Made by a program: the position numbers and the translations under genes
Notes under the pieces: generated by a model
What the model was told of the DNA's origin: nothing
Database searches by the model: none
What the model saw: the letters and a program-made list of their open reading frames with translations, nothing else
Shown: piece by piece, positions 13,801-23,759 of the stretch
How the letters are laid out: every line of letters starts with the position of its first letter
Position numbering within the stretch: position 1 is the first letter of the stretch
Origin: a virus
Length of the DNA: 64,000 bases
IMG/VR virus record: IMGVR_UViG_3300042294_004068
Coordinates: 46,922-110,921 of that record
Direction: 5' to 3' (one strand)

Positions 13801-16800
13801 GATTCTAAAAGTGGGAGACCGTTTCCGTCTATTCCCACCTAACGTAACTAAGCAGCATGGAACTATGGTTTTTGCTGCTGCAGATGTAAACACAGCTACA
13901 AACTTGATTACAAAGAGCAACACCTTCACTACAGGAACACAAGTTGTGTTCTCTGCTGGTGGTGGAACTGCGCCAGCTCCTCTAGTAGAAGGAGCTACCT
14001 ACTTTGTAAGAGCAGTTAGCGCTGGGTCTACTATGACTCTTCACCCAACATCAACTGATGCTACTAACAATACAAACGTTATTGACCTCACAACAGTTGG
14101 TACTGGAAGTAATTTCTCTATATCTAGCACAGTAAAAACATTTGCTGATGCTGATGTGAATACAACTAACAACAGAATTGTTGACACTCACAATTTTGTC
14201 ACTGGTGATGTTGTTAAGTTTGCAGCAAATGGTGGTGTACCACCAACACCTCTAGTTGATGGTTACTACTACTATGTTCGTGCAGTTTCTAACACAGAAA
14301 TTACTCTGCACACTACATTGAACGATGCTCAAAATAACCTTCAGGCTCTTGACTTCAGTACACAAGGTACTGGTACAGGGTTCACTCTTACAAACACTGT
14401 TCCAGTAGGTCCAATCATTCGTCGTATCACCGCGATTGGTGGAGATACTCAGATTACAGTGGACCGTCCGTATGCAAACGCATATAGCGCTGTTTCTTAC
14501 TCATATCCAACATTCGTCTATGTACGTCCTCAGGGCTACTCACTACACCGTCCATTCGATGGTGGCGTTGAGATGTCAGTAGGTGCTAAGACATCGTTTG
14601 GTCAGATTGTTCGTCAGACTCGTAAGTACTTCCGTTACCAATCAGGTAAGGGTATTCAGTCTTCTTGCGGTGTTAACTTCCAGCCTTCAATTGACCTTGA
14701 GAGTATGAGACAGTTCAGCTCACTTACAGTTGAATGTAAGACTCGTCGCCCTCACGGACTTGTTTCTGGTCTCTTTATTGTAGTAAATGGTGCAGAAGAT
14801 TCTTATGGAAATACAAGCACTGTTTACAACGGAGAGTTCCAAGTAACAGTTGTTGACCTAACAACATTCCGATTTACTTCTACACAACCGATTATTGAAA
14901 ACCGTGCTTACGGATTCCCTCAGTTCTATGTTCGTGAGTGGTCAAACGGTGCTGTCCGTGAAGGTATGTTCGACTTCCAGAACGGTGCATACTTCGAGTT
15001 CGATGGTGAAGCTATCTACGCCGTACGTCGTTCATCTACTCAGCAGCTAGCAGGTACAGCAGCTGCTCTACAAGGCTCAGAGCTTATCTTTGGAACAAAC
15101 ACAGCGTTCCAAGCTCAGGTTGAAGTTGGTGACTTTATTGTTATGCGTGGTCAGTCTTATAGAATTACAGAGATTGAGTCAGATACACGTATGTCGATTC
15201 GTCCTGAGTATAAGGGTTCTTCTGGAACAGAGAAGGAATTCAATCCTCAGACTCAAGTCAATACAACCACTGACATCTTTACAATTATTGGTCATGGTTT
15301 TGCTGATCGTTTACCAGTTATCTACAACTCCATTGACGGCGAGCCTATTGGTGGAATGATTAACGGTCGTACATACTATGTTGATTTGATTAACAACAAC
15401 ACCTTTAAACTTGTTGCTGACCCAGATTCTGAAATTAACGTAGATTTGTCTACTACAGGAACAACCACAGTCCACTCATTTGTACCTGCTAAGTCAGGTA
15501 TTGTTATGACAAAGACTGTAGATACCCGAGTTCCTCAAAGCCAGTGGAACATCGACGTTTGCGATGGTTCTGGTCCTACAGGATATAACTTAGATATTTC
15601 TCGTATTCAGATGGCTTACATTGACTACTCTTGGTACGGTGCAGGTAAGATTCGCTTCGGTTTCAAGACTACAGACGGTCAAGTACAGTACGTTCACGAG
15701 TTTGTCCACAACAACAACTTGTTCGAGTCATACTTCCGTTCAGGTAACTTGCCAGCTCGTTATGAAGTTGTAACTTACGAGAACCCAACTTATATTCCTT
15801 ACCTCTTCCACTGGGGTACTTCGGTCATCATGGATGGTCGTTTCGATGATGACAACGCGTACCTCTTCACTGGTTCAAGCCAGACTCTGCAGGTAACTGG
15901 AACAACCGCTAAGTCATTTGCTTCATCTGGTATCAACCTAACAACTGACTTGTTTACTGTACAGAGTCACGGTTTTGCAACTGGTGATTTGCTACAGTTC
16001 CAGTCAATTGCTACTAACGGATTCCCAGGTAATAACCTTTTGAACCCAGCAACTCAGATTGTTGGTTCTAACACAAGAGCTAACCTGACTAACGATGCGT
16101 TGTATGGAGTTCTGGTCAATTCACCTAACTTGATTCACTTGACCCCACCTAACGTAACAATTAGCCGTGGAACTTCATATGCAATCAATCCTCAGACAAT
16201 TACTAGTGCTCAAACTGGTACGACTGTAACTATCGTAACCACACAACCACACAACTTGAGTACTGGTATGTATGTCGGTGTATACGGCTCAACCCGTGTG
16301 CCAAATGGTCCGTTCTATGTGACAGTTACTAACTCAACTACATTCACATATCAGGCAACCAACGTTTCAACACCTGTGACTGCACTAAATGATCCAGCTA
16401 TCATCATCTCTGAGGTCATTAACTTCACTACCCAAGGAAACACCCAGTACACTTACTTCTTATATCCAAATGGCTCATTGAACAACACATCTGGTCCTAA
16501 CTACCAGCCATTGTTATCAATTCGCCTCTCTCCTTCAGTATCTGAAGGTTTGACAGGTAAGCTTGGTGACCGAGACGTTATCAACCGAATGCAGCTACGT
16601 TTGCAGGAAATTGGTGTGTCTACGACACAGTTGGTTGACTGTAAGGTTCTTCTAAATCCACGTCTAAACAACCTAAACTTCGTGGGTGTAGATACACCTT
16701 CCTTGACTCAGATTGTTGAGCACACAGCTCAGGACACAGTGTCTGGTGGAGTTCAGGTTTACAACTTCCGTGCTGCTGGTGGTGCTAGCGGTGCTGAAGA

Positions 16801-16969
16801 CACCACTGTGGTAGATGTTTCAAGCCTGTTTGAGTTGTCAAACTCTATTCTTGGTGGAGACTCAATTTTCCCAGATGGTCCAGACATCTTGACAATTGCA
16901 GTATCTAGATTGACTGGTAACGCTACACTAACCTCAGCGAAGATGTCATGGGCAGAAGCTCAGGCGTAG
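10865..16969 (+). CDS. Giant virion structural/adhesin protein, 2034 aa, with ~10 HGF-type repeats and a glycine-rich domain
   Basis: Repeats of ..HG(F/L)..G..V.Y.......GL.....YYV......I.LA; Gly-rich WTVP..G.Y...GASG domain; C-terminal HRPFDGGV...RQTRKYFRYQSGKG...IDYSWYGAG core. Confidence 0.7.
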   Translation: MPINVTAAGAVGTHSFSRVNVNLDEDFIYFKNTAPNVIPAALAPGVAFLYTSGVGSVTGFTENGLVYVTTTQPKKLQFSATFNGSALNLTDSAAGSIKFNTPIVYANKLNIDASTPTNQAVKYYTNGTPLVGLTSGDTYFLKNVSISEFAGSQALYAFTSHTFTTCGKTGRVGPTQTEMRNFYNTTWDDQYISQGSFVGYQDWTVPVSGIYSFNVRGASGFDGNGSGGVGRGAVVEGRIALTKGEVITIAVGQRGEQGGSATWGGSGGGTFVVRKTGNEPLFVAGGGSAESNSGAGRDGVLTRLGGTSTNGQQAGGSVGFGGRAQSPLGYSAAGGGFFSRGQNGSFGSEPTFGGGSFLDGLTMGTNIRTGGYGGFGGGGQSDGNRVGQSGGGGGYSGGGGARSTTANQSGGGGGSFIVATATNVGTSTGIFDGANTFNGSPISNLSTYNTGEGQVTVSLVSSFTTGNSIHPTAQDAENGTNAIAIAPAGSSYHAFVPISLDIQNDQIHSAAPHTLTNGEAVQVNFNGVPPVGITNGSIYYINTVSAFSYRLSTTPAPSFTNINLTAPSSREVATTAKLSRVVVNTATDTLTINNHGFLVDQPLRYNVGDGTAIVPLIDQATYYVSEVINANQIRLKSSLNSPTYINFTNTGTGTGHSFIFLTVNALEDTLYIPNHGLVSGQAIRYSKGGSGNVVIPGLTDNNTYYIVKVDNSIVRLATNKALSIIANITNQDPWPATGTHSLFITSLDYTTDTITLPSHGFLQGELVEYDSKGQTVVNGLTTATPYYVIFVDGDNIKLATTPENADAGTAVDLTASPAGVGRHTLRSLSKTPDGIYTITSTPSPQTFTVEAAGNVPIITKVFNPRGTIDLELNTFFIPSHGFTTGTKVTYEQGDAATDIAGLTNNTDYYVVAINRDYLRLATSAENAAAGITLNISDHGTGVGHKLITDQINGNVTGSGTVSVSSGSVLVNGSGTAFSKILKVGDRFRLFPPNVTKQHGTMVFAAADVNTATNLITKSNTFTTGTQVVFSAGGGTAPAPLVEGATYFVRAVSAGSTMTLHPTSTDATNNTNVIDLTTVGTGSNFSISSTVKTFADADVNTTNNRIVDTHNFVTGDVVKFAANGGVPPTPLVDGYYYYVRAVSNTEITLHTTLNDAQNNLQALDFSTQGTGTGFTLTNTVPVGPIIRRITAIGGDTQITVDRPYANAYSAVSYSYPTFVYVRPQGYSLHRPFDGGVEMSVGAKTSFGQIVRQTRKYFRYQSGKGIQSSCGVNFQPSIDLESMRQFSSLTVECKTRRPHGLVSGLFIVVNGAEDSYGNTSTVYNGEFQVTVVDLTTFRFTSTQPIIENRAYGFPQFYVREWSNGAVREGMFDFQNGAYFEFDGEAIYAVRRSSTQQLAGTAAALQGSELIFGTNTAFQAQVEVGDFIVMRGQSYRITEIESDTRMSIRPEYKGSSGTEKEFNPQTQVNTTTDIFTIIGHGFADRLPVIYNSIDGEPIGGMINGRTYYVDLINNNTFKLVADPDSEINVDLSTTGTTTVHSFVPAKSGIVMTKTVDTRVPQSQWNIDVCDGSGPTGYNLDISRIQMAYIDYSWYGAGKIRFGFKTTDGQVQYVHEFVHNNNLFESYFRSGNLPARYEVVTYENPTYIPYLFHWGTSVIMDGRFDDDNAYLFTGSSQTLQVTGTTAKSFASSGINLTTDLFTVQSHGFATGDLLQFQSIATNGFPGNNLLNPATQIVGSNTRANLTNDALYGVLVNSPNLIHLTPPNVTISRGTSYAINPQTITSAQTGTTVTIVTTQPHNLSTGMYVGVYGSTRVPNGPFYVTVTNSTTFTYQATNVSTPVTALNDPAIIISEVINFTTQGNTQYTYFLYPNGSLNNTSGPNYQPLLSIRLSPSVSEGLTGKLGDRDVINRMQLRLQEIGVSTTQLVDCKVLLNPRLNNLNFVGVDTPSLTQIVEHTAQDTVSGGVQVYNFRAAGGASGAEDTTVVDVSSLFELSNSILGGDSIFPDGPDILTIAVSRLTGNATLTSAKMSWAEAQA

Positions 16970-16978
16970 GAGAGACAC

Positions 16979-19372
16979 ATGCCAATTCAGCGACTTGGGA
17001 TTCAGAACCCAACGGGTAATACTGATACTGTTCTTGCTACATTTTCTGAAGCGCACCTTGTTTCAGTAATTATTGCCAATAAAGGTGTAGTAGCAGTACC
17101 AGCATGTAAAGTAAGTATTTGGATTGCACCAGCTAATGCTGTAATCGCTCTTAACTTTGCGTACATTGCTTTTAACTTAGATGTACCTGTTGGCTCTTCT
17201 TTTGAAACTTTTAGATTTGCTGTCAATCCAGGCGACACACTTTGGGTACGTTCTAGTACATCAAATGCTTCATTTAGCTGTGTAGGTATCGCTCAAGAAG
17301 ACTCTGCTCTTCCTGAAAACCTCGTACAAACTTTTACTAATAAAGAAATTAGAGGTTTGTATAACACTGTTTATATTGACATTGGAACAACAGCAGAGCG
17401 TCGCTCTACTGCTGAAGTTGGTTATGTTCGATTTAATACAGAACTAAATGGTGGTGCAGGTGCTCTAGAGCAGAAGACTACAAACGGCTGGGAAATTGTA
17501 GGTACTGGTGTAACTTCTGGACCAACTGGTCCAACTGGAGCCGCTGGCGCTACAGGTCCAACTGGACCTTCAGGTGGCCCAACAGGACCTACAGGTGCAG
17601 TTGGCCCTACGGGTGCTACTGGTCCTGTTGGTTTAGGTGGTAATCAAGGACCAACAGGTCCTACTGGTCCACAAGGTGTAGCTGGTCCGCAAGCAACTAG
17701 TGTTAATTTATTAGGTGGAGTAGCCAACTTTGCGGCACTACCTTCGACAGGTAACACAGCTGACGATGCTTATGTAACTCTTGACACACGAGATGTTTAT
17801 GTGTGGACGGGGAGTGCATGGTCAAATGTTGGACCTATTTATGGTGCTACTGGACCTACTGGTTCAACAGGACCTACAGGAGCCCCATCAAATGTAACTG
17901 GTCCAACGGGTGCGACAGGTCCAGCAGGTAGTGCAGGACCTACAGGTCCTCAGGGAGACCCATCAATTATTCCAGGACCAACTGGTTCACAAGGTGCAAT
18001 TGGTCCAACGGGAGCAACTGGACCGACTGGTGCCACTGGCTCAACTGGACCAACTGGTTCACAAGGAATTACTGGACCTGCTGGAACAAATATTGTTATG
18101 AAGGGTAGTGTTGCTGATTTCGCTTCTCTACCATCATCAGGAAACACTTTATATGACGCTTATGTAACTTTAGATACAGGCGATACTTACATGTGGACTG
18201 GTTCTGCATGGGTCAATCTTGGAGCAATTGCTGGACCAGTGGGTCCTACAGGTGCTACTGGTGCCACAGGTTCTACTGGTGATACTGGTCCAACTGGACC
18301 TTCAGGTGGCCCAACAGGACCTACAGGTGCAACTGGACCTGTTGGTCCTCAAGGACCAGGCAGCTCTAGTGTTGCAGTAGTTGAGACAGTAGATTCAACT
18401 ACATTTGTTGGTCTTTATGAAGATTTAACAGGTATTCAAGGTGGTAAAACTAATCAAGGAATCATCTTCGATGCTTCTACACAAAAACTTATTGTGTCTC
18501 AGATTGAGACTCCTACAATCCTTCCTCCTGCTTCAGGAGTTGGAACATTTACTGTAAGTTCTCCAACAACTTTAACTCTTGATGCAGAGAGTGAAGTTAT
18601 CTCTAACGCACCATTTAAACTTTTAAGTTCTACTGTTGCTGCTCTATCTAGCTTAACTGCTAGTGCTGGTGCAATTATTTACGTAAGTGATGCACCAATT
18701 GGATCTCAGTTGTACTACTACAACGGGACTCAATGGGTTGAGATTGAAGGAACTGGTCAAGGACCTACAGGACCTACAGGTGCTACAGGTCCATCTGGTG
18801 GTCCAACAGGTCCTACAGGAGCAGTCGGTTCAACTGGACCTACAGGCCCTGCAGTAACAGGTCCTACAGGAGCAGTCGGTTCAACTGGACCAACTGGACC
18901 AACTGGTGCTACTGGTGCTACTGGACCTACTGGACCTGCAGGTACTACTAATTTTGGCTCTTTGAATGACATCACCTCTGCTTCAGTAACTGTTGATGAA
19001 ATTTATGAACCAGCAATTACTATGCTACGAGTTGTTAATCAAGGTACAACTGCCTATAGATTTACAAGTCACTACGGATTATCTAATAACCCAACAATTT
19101 ATGCTATCTCTGGAACTACTATTGCTTTCAATCTTGCTAATGCTGGTCACCCATTTGCAATCCAAACAGCAGATGGAAACAACTTTAGTGAAGGTTTAAT
19201 TCACGTAGACACTAATGGTGTTGTTTCTACCGATTCAAATGCTCAAGGTAAGAGCTCAGGAACTCTTTATTGGAGAATCAGACAAAACCTTACTGGTGGA
19301 TATAGATATCAATGTTTGTCACACCCAGCAATGGGAAACACTATCGTAATTAAAGATATCTCGGCTATTTAA
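16979..19372 (+). CDS. Collagen-like protein with C-terminal cupredoxin-like domain
   Basis: AGGAGA RBS; N-domain shared with 21028 gene (RLG...P..N..T.LAT...[17 protein letters not shown]); GPT tracts; C-terminal GHPF...YQCLSHPAM. Confidence 0.8.
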   Translation: MPIQRLGIQNPTGNTDTVLATFSEAHLVSVIIANKGVVAVPACKVSIWIAPANAVIALNFAYIAFNLDVPVGSSFETFRFAVNPGDTLWVRSSTSNASFSCVGIAQEDSALPENLVQTFTNKEIRGLYNTVYIDIGTTAERRSTAEVGYVRFNTELNGGAGALEQKTTNGWEIVGTGVTSGPTGPTGAAGATGPTGPSGGPTGPTGAVGPTGATGPVGLGGNQGPTGPTGPQGVAGPQATSVNLLGGVANFAALPSTGNTADDAYVTLDTRDVYVWTGSAWSNVGPIYGATGPTGSTGPTGAPSNVTGPTGATGPAGSAGPTGPQGDPSIIPGPTGSQGAIGPTGATGPTGATGSTGPTGSQGITGPAGTNIVMKGSVADFASLPSSGNTLYDAYVTLDTGDTYMWTGSAWVNLGAIAGPVGPTGATGATGSTGDTGPTGPSGGPTGPTGATGPVGPQGPGSSSVAVVETVDSTTFVGLYEDLTGIQGGKTNQGIIFDASTQKLIVSQIETPTILPPASGVGTFTVSSPTTLTLDAESEVISNAPFKLLSSTVAALSSLTASAGAIIYVSDAPIGSQLYYYNGTQWVEIEGTGQGPTGPTGATGPSGGPTGPTGAVGSTGPTGPAVTGPTGAVGSTGPTGPTGATGATGPTGPAGTTNFGSLNDITSASVTVDEIYEPAITMLRVVNQGTTAYRFTSHYGLSNNPTIYAISGTTIAFNLANAGHPFAIQTADGNNFSEGLIHVDTNGVVSTDSNAQGKSSGTLYWRIRQNLTGGYRYQCLSHPAMGNTIVIKDISAI

Positions 19373-19384
19373 TAGGACTGGTAC

Positions 19385-20977
19385 ATGAGTGAATACAAAG
19401 AGTACACAGTTACTACAGAAAGTCTAGAGCTTACTGATGCTGTGTGGGACGCTCTTCTTACTGAGGGAAGTAATCTAACTACTATTCCTATTAGAGCCGT
19501 GGAAGTGGCAAACGATAGGCCAGAAAACCCTTTAAACACTTCATACTGGCTAACAGATAGAGAAGCAGAGTTTTTAAGACAAGACCCTCGCGTTTCCGAT
19601 GTACAAGACCTAAGCATTTTTAAACCACAAAAGTTAGCTTTTCAAACTGGAACTTTTGATAAAACTACAAATCAAACTGGTCCTAAAGTTAACTGGGGAT
19701 TGTTGAGACATTCAAAGCTATCTAATGTTTATGGAAGTAGTCTTTTAGACCCAGGTGGAACCTATGACTATGTTTTAGATGGTTCTAATGTTGACGTTGT
19801 AATTATAGATAGCGGTATTCAAGCCAACCACCCTGAATTTTTATATTCTGATGGTAGTGGTGCAAGTAGAGTAAACCTTGTAGATTGGTTTGCAGTCAGT
19901 GGTGTTTCTGGAAGTATGCCCTCAGGGTTCTATCAAGATTATGATGGTCATGGAACTCACGTTGCTGCTACTGTTGCTGGTCTTAATTTTGGATGGGCAA
20001 AAAATGCAAGAATTTATTCTATAAAGCTTGAAGGATTAAGAGCTCCTAGTGATCCTGGAGAAGGGTTTGACGTAGCAACCGCTTTTGATGTGTTAATTGG
20101 TTGGCACAATAACAAAACAAATGGAAGACCTACTGTTGTTGTTAATAGCTGGGGGTATGGAGTATTTCATAGAGCAGATTTAGAAGCCTTTTCATTTGGC
20201 TTAGATGAATCAGAAACTCTTTACGCTATAAATGGAGGGGTTTACCGAGGTGTTGCTTGGGAAGGTACTGTATTAGACACTGCAAAAGGTCACACTGGTG
20301 CTCTTGTTGCTCCATCTACTTATAGATATCCATTTAGAGTTGCTGCTGTTGATGCTGACATTAGAACTGGCGCTGAAGCTGGAATTTTATTTGTCAACGC
20401 TGCTGGAAATGAGTTTACAAAAATTGATGTTCAAGGTGGATTTGATTACAACAACTACATCCTCACTGACTTTGGCGCTTTTACATACCACAGAGGTGGC
20501 ACACCAGGAGCTAGTATTACAGCACGAGAGAGTGTTTTTACTGTAGGTTCTGTTGACCACCAAACAGTCACTGGAACTTCAACAGACAGAAAGTCAAACT
20601 TCAGTAATTCTGGTCCAGGAGTGACAGTTTATGCCGCTGGGTCCAGAATTATGAGTGCAATGAGCCAAGTTAATGACGATAACTCTAACTACCCGTACTT
20701 TTTAAATGGCTCTTTTAAGCAGCAACTTTTGTCTGGTACCTCCATGGCAGCTCCTCAAATTGCAGGTATAGCGGCTCTTGTATATCAAATGCACCCAGAC
20801 TGGACCCCAAGACAGGTCATCAACTTCATCAAAGATAAGTCATTTTCTAGTCTTTTTAAGACTGACCTCACAAATGACTATACGAATGTCCATAGCGTGC
20901 ATGGTGGCGCTAACCTGATAGCCTACGTACCTATGGCTTCACAGAGAAAATTCTCCTTCCAAAGAGCCACGGTATAG
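19385..20977 (+). CDS. Subtilisin-like S8 serine protease
   Basis: Catalytic motifs VVIIDSG (Asp), HGTHVA (His), AAGN (oxyanion Asn), SGTSMAAP (Ser); N-terminal propeptide-like region. Confidence 0.92.
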   Translation: MSEYKEYTVTTESLELTDAVWDALLTEGSNLTTIPIRAVEVANDRPENPLNTSYWLTDREAEFLRQDPRVSDVQDLSIFKPQKLAFQTGTFDKTTNQTGPKVNWGLLRHSKLSNVYGSSLLDPGGTYDYVLDGSNVDVVIIDSGIQANHPEFLYSDGSGASRVNLVDWFAVSGVSGSMPSGFYQDYDGHGTHVAATVAGLNFGWAKNARIYSIKLEGLRAPSDPGEGFDVATAFDVLIGWHNNKTNGRPTVVVNSWGYGVFHRADLEAFSFGLDESETLYAINGGVYRGVAWEGTVLDTAKGHTGALVAPSTYRYPFRVAAVDADIRTGAEAGILFVNAAGNEFTKIDVQGGFDYNNYILTDFGAFTYHRGGTPGASITARESVFTVGSVDHQTVTGTSTDRKSNFSNSGPGVTVYAAGSRIMSAMSQVNDDNSNYPYFLNGSFKQQLLSGTSMAAPQIAGIAALVYQMHPDWTPRQVINFIKDKSFSSLFKTDLTNDYTNVHSVHGGANLIAYVPMASQRKFSFQRATV

Positions 20978-21027
20978 GATTTTAAAGGTATAATTATGAG
21001 AAAAGCTGACGAAGTAAGGAGCGACAA

Positions 21028-22614
21028 ATGGCAGCAAAACGCTTAGGTCTTGCTACTCCCAATGCAAACATAGCTACTCTGCTTGCTACCAACGACACAG
21101 TTGGTGTTGCTTCTGTAATTGTTTCAAACAGAGCTAATATTCAGAGTCTTGTTACTATCTACGTTGAACCAGCCGAAGCCCTAGGTGTGGAGGCAACTCG
21201 CTCCTACATTGTTGACAATTTGGCTGTTTCTGTGGGTCAATCCTTTGAGACATTTAGATTTGCTTTAAATGTTGGAGACCAGCTTTGGGTTAAGTCCAGC
21301 ACATCTCTTGCTAATTTTTCTGCAACTCTTGTTTATGATCAAGCTGGTAGAGCAAATATAACTTATTCTTCAAATCAACCGGGATTCCCTTCTGTAGGAG
21401 ATATTTGGATTGATTCTGACACTCAAGAAGTTAATTTTTATACAGGTTCAGGATTTAACACTGTAGCAAGTATTGCTCCTTCAGGACCAACAGGTCCCGC
21501 TGGTCCATCTGGTCCAACGGGCCCATCAGGACCAACTGGTCCCCAAGGGTCTAGCGTTCGTATTCTTGGAACATACGCAACTCTTAATCTTCTTCAAGCT
21601 GATAACCCAATTGGTGCAATTGGTGATGCTTATGTCGTTGCTTCAGAATTTGTTTATGCATGGTCAGACCTTAACCAAGAGTGGGCGCTCGTTGGTCCAA
21701 TTGGTGTAACTGGCCCTACAGGTTCTACTGGACCTACAGGTCCACAGGGTATTGGTGGAGCAGATGGTGCAACTGGCGCTACTGGACCTGCTGGTGAACC
21801 AGGAGGACCAACTGGTGCTGCTGGTCCAACAGGTCCAACTGGTTCACTCGGACCTACTGGTCCAACTGGTCCTGAGGGGCCAACAGGTCCTACTGGTGCT
21901 ATTGGTGAAACAGGAATAATTTCTAGTGCAGTTCCTCCAGCAGATTTATCAATTATTTGGGTAGATACAACTGTAGATTCAGCAATTCTTACCCACGCTA
22001 GCACTCATGCTGCTGGCGGTAGTGATGAGGTGACCCTATCTACAAGTCAAATTTCTGGGTTAAACACGAGACTTGGTGATTTAGATATTCTTTCTAGTGG
22101 AGAGGGCAGTATTGATAGAAAAGCTCCTCTTACTGGTGTTGCATATGGAGCATCAGGAAACCTTATTCTAACTTATCGTCGAGCAATCAAAACAGAAACT
22201 ATTACAAAACTTTCTATGGCTTGCGGTACTGCTGCTGGTGCAACCCCAACACTAGTGAAATATGGAGTCTATTCAGTAAATGACTCTACTGGAGATTTAA
22301 CTTTGGTAGCGTCTACTGCAAACGACACATCAATTTTTTCAACCGCTAACAGCGCTTTTGAAGTTAACTTAACTTCATCATTTACCAAGACAGCTGGTAA
22401 TTTGTATGCATATGCAGTTGTACTGGTAAGCACACAAACGCTTCCTACAGTTATTGGTCACGCACATGTTGCATCTGCTGGTGTTAACGCAATTTTGGCC
22501 TTACCTCCAAGAATTACAGGTTTAGTTGCGGCTCAAACAGATTTACCAAGCTCTATTTCTGCAGGTTCTGTAACAGCTTCTAACCGTGCACTGTGGACGC
22601 ACGCCCTACCTTAA
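21028..22614 (+). CDS. Collagen-like protein, N-domain paralogous to 16979 gene
   Basis: AAGGAG RBS; shared N-domain; GPT tracts; [12 protein letters not shown] motif; distinct beta-rich C-terminal domain. Confidence 0.8.
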   Translation: MAAKRLGLATPNANIATLLATNDTVGVASVIVSNRANIQSLVTIYVEPAEALGVEATRSYIVDNLAVSVGQSFETFRFALNVGDQLWVKSSTSLANFSATLVYDQAGRANITYSSNQPGFPSVGDIWIDSDTQEVNFYTGSGFNTVASIAPSGPTGPAGPSGPTGPSGPTGPQGSSVRILGTYATLNLLQADNPIGAIGDAYVVASEFVYAWSDLNQEWALVGPIGVTGPTGSTGPTGPQGIGGADGATGATGPAGEPGGPTGAAGPTGPTGSLGPTGPTGPEGPTGPTGAIGETGIISSAVPPADLSIIWVDTTVDSAILTHASTHAAGGSDEVTLSTSQISGLNTRLGDLDILSSGEGSIDRKAPLTGVAYGASGNLILTYRRAIKTETITKLSMACGTAAGATPTLVKYGVYSVNDSTGDLTLVASTANDTSIFSTANSAFEVNLTSSFTKTAGNLYAYAVVLVSTQTLPTVIGHAHVASAGVNAILALPPRITGLVAAQTDLPSSISAGSVTASNRALWTHALP

Positions 22615-22633
22615 GAGTCAATAGGAGAATAAA

Positions 22634-23095
22634 ATGCCAGTCTTAAAAAAATATGATCTTGATGATCAAATTTGGAAACCTATTGCTGTTGGAGCTACAG
22701 GTCCTACTGGTCCTACTGGCTTTGTTGGGCCTACTGGCCCAACGGGTGCACAGGGTGTTACTGGGCCTCAGGGGGACTGGTCAACTGCTCAACCTGTTGT
22801 GACAAAAAGCGCTTCTTTTATTTTAGAGCTAACTGATGCTGGAAAAATTTTAAAATGTGATAACGGTGCTTCTATGATTGCAACAATACCTGTTGAAGCA
22901 TCAGTTGCTTTTCAAGACGGTCAAAAAATTGACTTTATTCAATATGGAGCAGGTCAGCTTACCGTCGCTGGGGCAGTCGGCGTGACAGTAAGAGCAACTC
23001 CAACCAATAAATTGAGAGCTCGCTACTCTGTAGCTTCTGCCGTAAAAATTGGAACTAACGAGTGGATTCTCGTCGGAGACTTGGCACTAATTTAA
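22634..23095 (+). CDS. Mini collagen plus adaptor-like domain
   Basis: AGGAGA RBS; short GPT tract; LTDAGK...TIP...F.DG..I...QYGAG...YSVASAVKIGTNEWILVGDL. Confidence 0.75.
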   Translation: MPVLKKYDLDDQIWKPIAVGATGPTGPTGFVGPTGPTGAQGVTGPQGDWSTAQPVVTKSASFILELTDAGKILKCDNGASMIATIPVEASVAFQDGQKIDFIQYGAGQLTVAGAVGVTVRATPTNKLRARYSVASAVKIGTNEWILVGDLALI

Positions 23096-23097
23096 AA

Positions 23098-23727
23098 ATG
23101 CCAATTAATGTCGGGTCCATTGCTGGTGCAGGTTATTTAAAAAACCCTGCAGAAGCTTTTAATTTAGATTACAGGGTTAATTATATTAAAAACCCGACTT
23201 TTGAAGTAGACATCTCTGACTGGACACCTTTTGCTGGAACTACCTTAGAAAGAGATACAAACGAATTTAACACAGGGTCAGCTTGTCTTAAAGTTACAAA
23301 CACCTCTGGAGGAGGTGTTCAAACACTTGAAAGAATCCCATTTATTGACACTTCAGAAGAGTGGACTGTCAGCGCTTATGTAAAGCTTGATGCTCTAAAT
23401 GACAATGCGACTTACTATCTTCGTCATCTTCAATACACCACAAGCAATGCTTCAGCTGCTATATCTAGTGGAAATATTGGAATTCAAGCCCTAACTAGTG
23501 CTGATGGCTGGGTTAGATTGAGCGGGTCTTTTACTAGAACCTCTGGAGCTAATTTTTTTGCACTAAGAATTGTGACCACTTCAGCATCTAATACAGACGT
23601 ATTTTTTGTTGACTCTGTTATGGCAGAAAGGTCTTCCACTTTGGGGACCTATTTTGATGGCTCACTAGACGGATTTTGGACTGGAACTCCCCACTCAAGC
23701 TATAGCGGTGCTACCCCATACGTGTAA
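23098..23727 (+). CDS. Carbohydrate-binding-like (CBM4/9, galactose-binding fold) virion protein
   Basis: More likely start is ATG 23098 (MPINVGS), 2 nt after the previous stop; NYIKNPTFE..ISDW...SAYVK...WVRLSG.F...FFVDSVM.E...YFDGS pattern. Confidence 0.65.
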   Translation: MPINVGSIAGAGYLKNPAEAFNLDYRVNYIKNPTFEVDISDWTPFAGTTLERDTNEFNTGSACLKVTNTSGGGVQTLERIPFIDTSEEWTVSAYVKLDALNDNATYYLRHLQYTTSNASAAISSGNIGIQALTSADGWVRLSGSFTRTSGANFFALRIVTTSASNTDVFFVDSVMAERSSTLGTYFDGSLDGFWTGTPHSSYSGATPYV

Positions 23728-23759
23728 TTTAAGGTAAGCTATTTTACGAAAGGACGAAA

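Noticed and set aside
23062-23097. ORF-track start at 23062
   Set aside because: Overlaps the upstream gene; ATG 23098 (MPINV, as in the 10865 gene) is more plausible.
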